DNA of 56,482 nucleotides, filler included, from Dugesia japonica (taxonomy: Eukaryota), in assembly GCA_001938525.1 (NCBI GenBank). It is 5 parts of 5 records of this genome, joined end to end, with 100 filler letters (N's around TTAATTAATTAA, not from the genome) between each part and the next. Parts side by side here need not be neighbours in the genome. Positions count along the whole stretch, not along the records: positions 46,875 to 56,482 come from MQRL01541095.1; 4 more parts are not named here. One strand, 5' to 3'. The translations under genes were made by a program, and so were the position numbers. Of this stretch, positions 46,875 to 56,482 are shown piece after piece; within the stretch, counting starts at the first letter, position 1; each line of letters starts with the position of its first letter. The notes under the pieces were generated by a model that was not told the origin of the DNA, did no database searches, and was given only the letters and a program-made list of their open reading frames with translations.

Positions 46875-47737
46875 TAAAGGTAAAAGAATTCGAGCTGAGA
46901 GACTATCTTCAAATGAAGAAATGAAATTGATCTCTCTCAAGTTGATAACAAATAATTTTTTAAATAATGGCTATCCAATTAAAATTATATCGAAATATTT
47001 ATCTTTAAATTCAAAACCAAATAAAATCAAACCAGAAACAAACACAGTTATTAAATGACCTTTCATTAATTAGAAATGTAGTCAAATCATGTAGAATTTT
47101 ATAAAAAATACTAAACTCAAACACAATCCAAGAATTATTTTCTAAGCGCAAGCATCTATGGGCATCCAATTACAGAAATTAAGACAAAGTTTTTGTTGTC
47201 TCAAATGCATTTGTGATGGTAAAAATATATGCNNNNNNNNNNNNNNNNNNNNNNNNNNNNNNNNNNNNNNNNNNNNNNNNNNNNNNNNNNNNNNNNNNNN
47301 NNNNNNNNNNNNNNNNNNNNNNNNNNNNNNNNNNNNNNNNNNNNNNNNNNNNNNNNNNNNNNNNNNNNNNNNNNNNNNNNNNNNNNNNNNNNNNNNNNNN
47401 NNNNNNNNNNNNNNNNNNNNNNNNNNNNNNNNNNNNNNNNNNNNNNNNNNNNNNNNNNNNNNNNNNNNNNNNNNNNNNNNNNNNNNNNNNNNNNNNNNNN
47501 NNNNNNNNNNNNNNNNNNATAATTAAATTAAATAATTAAATTTAAAATAAGAATTAAAATTAACCAATTAAAATTTAATAAAAACAAATTATATCAAAAG
47601 TTATAACTATTATTAACATAAATCTTGAATAAATAAAAAAAGTAAATTCCTGACGAAGACAAGGTCGAAATATAGAATTGTTATAAAATATCAATAAAAA
47701 AAACCAAAATTTTGATCAAAGCTTTTATATTAAATGA
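46875..47737 (+). mobile_element. Penelope-like element 3' portion (thumb/linker, start of GIY-YIG, pLTR)
   Basis: LNNGYPIKII..PFIN..KCICDGKNIC before the gap; pLTR with hammerhead after the gap. Confidence 0.65.
47645..47679 (+). ncRNA. Minimal type I hammerhead ribozyme
   Basis: AATTC-CTGACGA-A-GAC(AAG)GTC-GAAA-TATA-GAATT. Confidence 0.8.
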
Positions 47738-47739
47738 AA

Positions 47740-47970
47740 ATATACCATATATCAGATGAAATTCAGAAGTTGCAAGTTTTAGCGAGTATGATGGATGTAG
47801 TAGTATTCTGATCCCACCAAAATTGTTGATACTTTCAGTTGATTTTCGTGAAATTTGTAGTCTAGCATTGTTTGTCTTAAAAAAAAGTTTCTTTCTATTG
47901 ATACAATTAGAATATTTTGCTTTCATGAATTCATTAAGTCTTTACAATTGTGTTGAATAATTATCTGGTT
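47740..47970 (-). mobile_element. Mariner catalytic-domain remnant
   Basis: TNNARLQ..ILLHPSYSLKLATSEFHL is a degenerate HDNARPH..HPPYSPDLAPSDFHL. Confidence 0.7.
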
Positions 47971-48414
47971 TCTACTTTAACCACTTGATAGACAAACAAT
48001 ACATTATCACAATCTAAATTCAGTGGTAAAAAGGTTTGTGGAGGAAAATAAAGGAATGAATTGCAAAGAATGTGTTTTCCTGAGACATAATTGTTAGTCT
48101 ATTAAAGAGCAGGAGTCAATGAAGGCTAAAGGCATAAAATTGTAAGATAATTGTAAATTGTAGTAAATTGTAAGGTAACATTAAGCATCAGTCGTACTTT
48201 AATTATTATTAAAACAGTCAACTTATATCAGTGAAATAATTTAGAATAGTAGCGAAAAACCAGGAGTTGTACATATTTTTATTTCCAAAATTGCATTAAC
48301 CAATAATGATGACAAAAGTGTGTAGACTGACAAAAATATAAGCGTACCATATGAGCATTATTCTATCTCCTAATAAATAAGACTTGGATGAAAAGAAATA
48401 CATGTACCGATAAA

Positions 48415-48570
48415 TTATTTTGTTATTTTAAATTAATAACTTTTACTTTCGATTGCAATAATTGCGAGAATAATTGTTAGATGGAACCATTGATCATTTT
48501 TAAGAATCCATTTAAAATAAAAGCCTTTATCAAAATTCGTTTTTTTGGTTTTGGATAATAATTCTATATT
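48415..48570 (-). repeat. Inverted copy of the Penelope pLTR segment downstream of the hammerhead
   Basis: Reverse complement aligns with 21105-21270 (AAATATAGAATT..GCTTTTAT..GATCAATGGTT..ATTATTCTCGCAATAATTGCAAT). Confidence 0.8.
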
Positions 48571-48679
48571 TTTGATATAATATAAAAATGAAGTGTTTAA
48601 ATATTCGGATTTTAGAAGAGAATAATTTTAGCCTGTTTTATTTGAACAAATATTATTTTAGTAATTTATCATTAACATT

Positions 48680-50350
48680 AAGAATGACGCCCAGAACAGA
48701 ATTAAGTATATTTTTATTAAATTTATTCAAAATAGTTCAGAAGCTGCCATGNTTTCATACTGTAGATGATGCCTCAAAACACTTTCAGGAACTTAAGAAC
48801 TACATTCTTAATTTTAAGATCGAATATGGTAATGAAAAAATTATATATTTTATTAATTTCTTATATCAAGATACCCAATATAAATTATTTTCCTTACTAG
48901 ATTATCAGAATGTTAAGGATGATTTTAGTTTGTTAAGTAATAAATTTGTAGAATTATACAAAGTTAAAGATTCGAGGATTTCTCTTAATACCAAACATTT
49001 ACAGATTAAGCAAAATAGCCTCTTTTTAAGAGAATTCATTACAAAATTGAAAGTTTATTTATTTAAAAATCAACCAGAATTGAACAGATAGGACAAAGAA
49101 AATACATTAATATTCGCCTTTTTATTTTGATTGAACGATAAAAAAGTGTCAGCAGCAGTTCAATTTCTTATGCCAGAATATTTAGACGAAGCAAAAAAAG
49201 ATAATAAAAACTAATTGTTACACATAAGAAGTTATGAATTCAGCTGAATACATCAATGGACAAGTAGCCATACCAAAGTTTAAAAAATAAAACAAAACCA
49301 CTGATTTCAGAGATCCACTCAGAGTTCGCTCAAAATAAGCTATTGGTCCAAGCGAGAATACAACTTAAATGGGTAGCGAAACTTATAGAGAGTGAGGCAG
49401 AATAAAATGTAACGGAATATAATTTATTATGTGAAGTGAGAAAAAGTAAAAAACAGATTCAATTTTTCAATAGAACAGAAAGAATGCACTGTGCAAACGG
49501 ATTGTCTATGAAACTCGTTGGGTTGCAAAACTTGAACTATTAATTGGAGAAAAATAATTATCATTGGAATTAAAACTATGAAAACATACAGAATTCAAAT
49601 TGTGCCACATGATGACTGTATATATATATATCAGGAATTAAGCTATACCATTTGTATCAAATTTTTGTGATGAAGGAGCGGAAAACTAACAAGCACTAAT
49701 CTTATGAGTACCACTTCAGGTGATATAAAAAACGAGACTCAATATTGATATTTGCGCACCATTTTGGACAAAACTGTACTTTAAGAAAAGCACAAAGAAT
49801 ATTTACTAAGTGGATCAGTTGAATGTGATGAATTCAAAATAAAAAAAAGGAATCTTTGCAGGTTATAAAGATAAACTTGCAAATTTAGGTATCTTGTCAG
49901 CTAATTCGATAGTGTCTGTTGACAAATACGGAAATTTTTTATAAGACTTTAAAATTTATCAGATTCCGAAAGAAAAATGTATAAAGGGACAAGAATGAAG
50001 GGACAATTAATAGTTGAGAAATCTGGGAAGAAAGAAGCGAGTTCAAAAAAGACGAATACTAATAAGACTTTAGGATAAAGTTAATAATTTAGTTGCAGAT
50101 TTATTAAAAAAAGAGATAATCAAGAAAAGTGAAAGCCCGTGGAATGCACTTTTAATGTTTATCACTGAAGCCAATTGTAATAAAATATTATGTGTAGATT
50201 AACGGCATTTAAATTTTGTCACAATCAGACCAATATATACAATTCTAAAAACTCTCAACTTCTTGATGCATTAAGTAGAACTACAGTAATATTTCAACAA
50301 CTTATGCTTCTGATATTGCAGAATAAAAATTAGGAACAATGTCTTATTTA
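48680..50350 (+). mobile_element. Decayed Ty3/gypsy gag-pol fragment
   Basis: Gag-like KLP.FHTVDDASKHFQEL..QIKQNSLFLREFITKL; RT start DLLKKEIIKKSESPWNA..LCVD*RHLNFVT. Confidence 0.7.
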
Positions 50351-51829
50351 TTTGGACGATGTTTTGAAATTTGGAAACTCGTATGAAAAACATCTCAGTC
50401 AATNNNNNNNNNNNNNNNNNNNNNNNNNNNNNNNNNNNNNNNNNNNNNNNNNNNNNNNNNNNNNNNNNNNNNNNNNNNNNNNNNNNNNNNNNNNNNNNNN
50501 NNNNNNNNNNNNNNNNNNNNNNNNNNNNNNNNNNNNNNNNNNNNNNNNNNNNNNNNNNNNNNNNNNNNNNNNNNNNNNNNNNNNNNNNNNNNNNNCTATT
50601 GTGGAAAGTTTTGACGGCAAAGCGCGGAAAACGTTTGGCGCTCATAATTTTAAACATTCTGACATTAAAAATAAACCATCCACTATAACTCTAACAATTC
50701 AAGCCACAGAAATGTAACAAAAAAACGTTACTTTCACAATCAACTGACACAATTTTTGATAATTACAATTTATTATAAGACTCATTTTAATTGGTTTATC
50801 TTTTTTTTTAGAAGAAATAACACTTAAATAATATAATAATATTATATAAATTACACTTTTATCAGACTGTATTCTGTGCGCAGTAATTATTTTTTTACGT
50901 GGAAGCTTTCCGAAATTTCCACTGTCACACGTGCACACAACTTAGCGAAAACATTGCTTCTTAGGAACCTAACTATGACCATGTTACTAACAGGAATTCA
51001 TATTCATTTCCTACTAATTCATGTCTTACTAAATTGGCATGTGAATTGATTATTATTCATGAATCTACTGGTTATCTGTGTATTTTTCATTTTCCATTTT
51101 CCCATTTGTGATGTTGCTGCACTCACTGTTTCTTTCGATATTTTCTATTATAAGATTATAACATTGTTCTGCACAAACAGAAATAAAATAATTCATCTCA
51201 ATGACCTGGTTACAATTAATTATTTATAGTTGAATTATTTAAATTATAAACTTTATAATAAAATTTATAATTTTATGTACAATTTTATTTATATTTAATT
51301 TATTAATGTTAAATGTTGAAAGCAATAACAACGTGATGAATTTTGAAAGATAATATTATATAATTTTTCAAATTTCATTTCAGATGAATTTGTTTTCAAT
51401 GAGCAAACAATAAATCGGAATTATTCATTCCTAAAGTTAAGTAAACAATTAGAAGTAATTAAATTCATTAAAATTAATTAAAACTAATTACCATTCACAG
51501 AACGAAAGAGTTAAAATATCAACGTTTAATCGGTATGGCTATCTTCTTGAAATCTTGGAAATTATGAGTAAAAATAAATTGTGTTCAACAGAAATGAAAA
51601 ATAATCAGTAAAGTATATTTATNNNNNNNNNNNNNNNNNNNNNNNNNNNNNNNNNNNNNNNNNNNNNNNNNNNNNNNNNNNNNNNNNNNNNNNNNNNNNN
51701 NNNNNNNNNNNNNNNNNNNNNNNNNNNNNNNNNNNNNNNNNNNNNNNNNNNNNNNNNNNNNNNNNNNNNNNNNNNNNNNNNNNNNNNNNNNNNNNNNNNN
51801 NNNNNNNNNNNNNNNNNNNNNNNNNNNNN

Positions 51830-51830
<1 letters not shown>

Positions 51831-51881
<51 letters not shown>
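51831..51881. repeat. (AAT)n microsatellite
   Basis: Direct read; flanks the LTR. Confidence 0.97.
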
Positions 51882-52072
51882 TGTTATGTACATTTTCCAT
51901 TGTTAATCCATTTTGCAAATCATAATTCATATTGTTAGACATTTTTTATTTTAATACTACAAACTATAATTTAATATGAGAATAGATTATTGAATAGTAT
52001 CTTCAAAATCTTTGCCCAGAATTAACTCAATTTCTATTGGCTCAAAATTATTAAATAATAATTATTTCCTCA
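51882..52072 (-). repeat. 3' LTR
   Basis: Direct repeat of 56221-56411, adjacent to the PPT. Confidence 0.95.
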
Positions 52073-55000
52073 TATCCCCCTTCTTAAGAATCTTTCTTAG
52101 TTTTTCCACATTTTTCTAATCAATGTCCATTTCCTCCTTTTTCCGCATAGCGTCTTTCGTGAATTTCTGAATTATTTGATAAGGTCCTTCAAATCTGTCT
52201 TAACTTTTATTTTTTGTTTCTACCTTTATAAGTACAGTATCGTACACTTTGAATTCTCTTTTAATAATGACGTTTGAAGAGTTTTCTTTAGTTCTTTCTG
52301 AAACGTCTGACTAATACCACTTTTTTTCTGTTTATTTTCTATCCAAAAACTATCTTAGCCGGGCTCTTTCCAGTTGTCTTCTGCTTTGTTTTGTTCATTG
52401 TAAATTCTATTTCTGGTTAAAGATCTGCCCAATCTGTTGAATTTCTTTCCTGAAGGTTTGCATTAATCAAATGTTGAATTGTCCTGAACTGTCTTTCAAT
52501 TTGTCCGTTAGCATTATGATGATATGGACTTGAAAAGCAAAGTTTAATATCTAGCTTCTGTGCAAACTCTCTCATAACTCTGGATTCAAACGCTTTTCCG
52601 CAATCTAATCTTATTTCTCTTGGACATCCAAGCCTCAGTATTTACTTTTCAAAAAATCTTTTCGTATCGTTTCCTCGTTTTGTCTAGGCATTGCAATAAG
52701 GATCAGATATTTACTGTAATGTTCAATTATTCCAAGAATGTATTTTCCCGTCCACTTGTTTCTCGCATAGGCCCACATATATCTGTGAATATCACTTCAA
52801 ATAAATTGGTAGTTTCTAAACTCTTTGTCTTCTCTTTAGTTGTTGTTGTCACTATTTTGGTCTTCTGACAACTTTCACAACTTCGAACTATCTTCTGTAT
52901 TTGACTTCACAAATTCTTTGCAATATATTTGTTTTTCATATATTCGTACACCTTTTCAACTCCTGCATGACATAATAATTTATGTATTTCTTCTATTTTT
53001 TCACGTAGTTTGTCATCCGGAAGTTTCATTTTCTTGATTAAATCTGTTTTCTTAGAACTGTTTAAATTATCTTCTTTTTCCTTTTCAATTATATTTAGTA
53101 TTCTCGTTTTAATCTTCTATTTCTTGACCTCTTCATGTGACATTTGACATTATACACACACCTCACATCTTAGTCTAGATAACGTACCTGCATTAGCATG
53201 TGGAATTCTTTTTCTATATTCCAAAACCATGTCTAAACTGATCAGATAATTATTCCATGCCTGGAATTGCAATGTAATTGGTTTCTTCGTCATCATCATG
53301 AAAGATAGAGCTTTGTGATCGGTACTTAGAGTAAATCTTCTACCATACAAGTAATGTTTGAAATGGATACAGAAATAATAAACAGCCAATAACTCATTTC
53401 GTGTAATGCAGTATCCCTTTTCATGAGTTGTCATTGAGTGTGATCCATAGGCAACAACTCTTTCTCTTTCTTCTTTATCTCTCTGTGACAATACTGCTCC
53501 AATCGTATCAAAACTGGCATATGTATCTAATATAAATTCTTTGTTTATGTCCATGAAACACAATATTGGTGCAGTCATGAAAGAATTTTTTAGACCCTTA
53601 AAAGTATCGTTTATTTCATCTGTCCATTTTAATAACTTGTTGCTTGGTCCGCTACACAACTGCTCTAATATCTTTGATTTTCTAGCATAGTTTTCTATAA
53701 ATTTTCTGAAATAATTACAAATTCCCAAGAAACTTCGTAACTTCTTCACACAGTTAGGTTTGCCAAATGTTCTTATAGCTTCTATTTTAGACGGATCAGT
53801 TGTATTTAACACTTACACCATCCCTGCTAATTATGTGTCCAAGAACTTGATTTAACTTTGAAGAAACTGACACTTTTCCGGATTAATTATTAGACCAGCC
53901 TTCATTATTTCCGTCAATAATCTTTCAATTACTTCAAAGTTTGTATATTTATTGTTCGTAAATATCAGTATGTCATCAAGATAAACCATGGCTCCATTGA
54001 TTCTGCTTACTAATTTTGTCATTATCTCTTCAAATGTCCCTGTTGCCGCTGCGATGCCAAATGGCATTCTATTAAAACAATATTGTCAGTGCTTCTTTAA
54101 AAACGTCGTTTTTTCTTGAGATTCAACTTCGAGCTCTACCTGATATTATGCATGTCCCAAATCTATTGAACTGAAATATTTGGCTCAATCTAACTTGTCA
54201 AGCATATTATCAATATTAGGCATAAGAAAGGCTTGTCTTTTCGTTACTGCATTCAATTGTCTAAAATCCAAGCATATTCCTATGTCTTTATTTTAATTTT
54301 TCCAAACACATATCATTTGTGGTATTCCGTGGAGAGTTGCATTTCCTGATAAAACTATTTTTGAAAAGGGTTTGGATAGCTTCTTCAATTTCAGATTCTA
54401 AGTTTAATGGTTGTCTATACGGTTTTACATTGATTAGTTCACTACTTAAGATTATTTTGTTTCTTGTCAGATGTGTGCGTCCTACATACCATTTATATGT
54501 CATAAAAGTATCTTCTTTACTTTCAATTATTTTCAATAACCGCTGATCTTCTTTAATCTAAAAAATATTTAAAGTTCTTGTCAATTGCTCTCCTTTTTTA
54601 ATTTGTCTTCCGAATTTTGCTTCAATATTGCAAATGTAATTTTCGACTTTTTCATTCGTTTTGCTATTGACCTTTTGCATAAGCTGATATCCAAAAATCT
54701 TCTGCATTTCTATTCCTCTTATCAGATCTAGTGTTACTCTTTAAGCAACTAAGAAAGTAATCTCTTTGCAAACTTCATCAATTATCACTCCAATTTTAAC
54801 TTTTCTAACAATCTCAAGTGTATTATTATTTGCACAACGCAATCTTTCATCACTCATTTCTAAATTTACTTCTCGTAGTTAATTAAAACAACTCAAACTC
54901 ATCACGTTAATTCCATTCCCTGCATCTAATAGACATTCTACTTTATTTTCTTGTAACTTAATTTCCCGGTAACACTTGGTCTGCCTATGAATTTATAGTA

Positions 55001-56220
55001 CGAAATATTTGTTTTTTTTCTGCTTCTACTGTTCCAACCCATTCTACTTTTCTATCATCTGCAAAATTTTCTCTTTTTAAGAACCTGTATAATTTTTCTG
55101 TAACTTTTCTTTTACCATCCTACTTTTTAACCCCTTGAGGATAATTGATAACTTCATTTAACAATGCATGGCTCAAACTAACTCTTCTACTGGTGGAGCC
55201 CTGGCATTTGAGTACTGCCTTTTGGAATCACTTTCATATGCTTCTTCATATCCATCGTTTGAACTGGCATCTTTAAATTCAATCGCATGTACTCGATTAT
55301 ATCGGTTTCTTGATCTTTCTGCTGTCATAAATTTCTCACTTGTTCTTTTCACTTTCAAATTTGTGTAACACTCGTCTGCTCTATGACCACCATTACCACA
55401 TCGTTTACACTTTACTTCTTGACATAACCTTCTAATATGACCAACCTTTCCACAACCAAAACATTTAATTGGTTTTTCATTTAGTTAATCTCGACTTATA
55501 TGTCCTGTTTTTTGACAACTCCAGCACTGTACCACTTTTTATCGGAGAATTTGCTTTAGTATGATCGATCTTATGATATAGCCAACATTCGGTATTTTCT
55601 TTTCCTTTCTTTGCTCCACGTGTATATTCACTGTATGATTTACAGGTTTCTGATAATTTTGATTTGTAACTCTTGCGTAACTTCTAACTGCATCAACTCG
55701 ATCTCTGTTTTTNTCTACTCGATCTACCAACGTCATTGTTTCTTCAATTTCTTCTATATTTTCTCTTTTTCGCAAAGTCACTTCTTCTTCAACTTTATTG
55801 TTATCTGAACATTAAACTAGCATTTTGCTACCATTTTTTTTTACAGTAAACTCCTTATTTGTAAAACATTGTTTTAATAACTCTTTGAAATTTTTAAAAT
55901 AAACTTGAATCTCTTCATTTTCACGCCTGTAGTTAATCAAATTTTGAAAATCTTTGATAACATCTTTCTCTTTCTCAAATACCATGCGTAAACGAGCCTG
56001 AAAACCTTCAGCTTTTTTTCAACGTCTTTGCATATTCTTCCAACAAATCTTCATTTAACAAACACGATACTAATCTCTCCTGTTTTTTCAAATTGTTAAT
56101 GTTTTTAACTTCGAAATACGATTCACACTGCTTGATGAATTTCTCAATATCATCTCCTCTGCAAAACACATTTGGCAAAAAACCTCTCTGTAATAGAATT
56201 GGTACTTTCCGCTGCCACCA

Positions 56221-56411
56221 TGTTAGGTATATCTTTAATTGTTAATCCATTTTGCAAATCAGAATTCATATTGTTAGACATTTTTTCTTGTACTACATCA
56301 AACTATAATTTAATATGAGAAATGATTGTTGAATAGTATCTTCAAAATCTTTGTCCAGAATTAACTGAATTTATTTTGACTCAAAATTATTAACTAATAA
56401 ATTTTTCCTCA
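56221..56411 (-). repeat. 5' LTR
   Basis: Direct repeat of 51882-52072, adjacent to the tRNA-Leu PBS. Confidence 0.95.
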
Positions 56412-56433
56412 TAATAATAATAATAATAATATA

Positions 56434-56482
<49 letters not shown>
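56412..56482. repeat. (AAT)n microsatellite
   Basis: Direct read. Confidence 0.97.

Larger units (their letters stand above)
51882..56411 (-). mobile_element. Complete (decayed) 4.53-kb Ty3/gypsy LTR retrotransposon inserted in (AAT)n
   Basis: 191-bp LTRs (51882-52072, 56221-56411; TG...CA; ~22 mismatches by eye). PBS TGGTGGCAGCGG (tRNA-Leu) at 56220-56209. PPT AAGAAGGGGG at ~52085-52076. Gag with 3 CCHC knuckles, PR CLLDAGNG, RT YLDDILIF, RH, IN SPYHHNANGQIER/FEGPY. TAAT on both sides. Confidence 0.95.

Noticed and set aside
47158-51942. ORFs composed largely of X or poly-I/Y/N
   Set aside because: Artefacts of N gaps and AAT microsatellites.

Overview
This is very AT-rich eukaryotic DNA made almost entirely of transposon debris. 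The 18S fragment, (AAT)n tracts and TE repertoire suggest a triclad planarian (Dugesiidae), which is an inference. The window is five contigs joined by artificial 100-bp spacers (44N-TTAATTAATTAA-44N at ~12.0, 24.6, 37.4 and 46.8 kb), so adjacency across those joins is not biological. The standout is an ~11.9-kb minus-strand LTR element at 1-11940. It has a ~1.9-kb 5' LTR, a tRNA-Pro-like PBS and a ~4-kb leader containing two covarying hairpins, an antisense ORF and a nested mariner. One long decayed polyprotein follows: Ty3/gypsy Gag capsid, three Zn knuckles, coiled coil, a tandemly duplicated ~170-aa module and two ubiquitin-like domains. It runs straight into a PPT and 3' LTR with no detectable protease, RT, RNase H or integrase, and an antisense 18S rRNA fragment interrupts it. 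Also present are a complete decayed gypsy element inserted in (AAT)n (51882-56411) plus other gypsy fragments, and Penelope-like remnants carrying minimal hammerhead ribozymes. There is an RLE-type (NeSL/Utopia-like) non-LTR fragment inside a Tigger, along with mariner, hAT, Phantom-like MULE and piggyBac remnants and MITEs. One small intact two-TM ORF (21641-21910) is the only plausible host gene.
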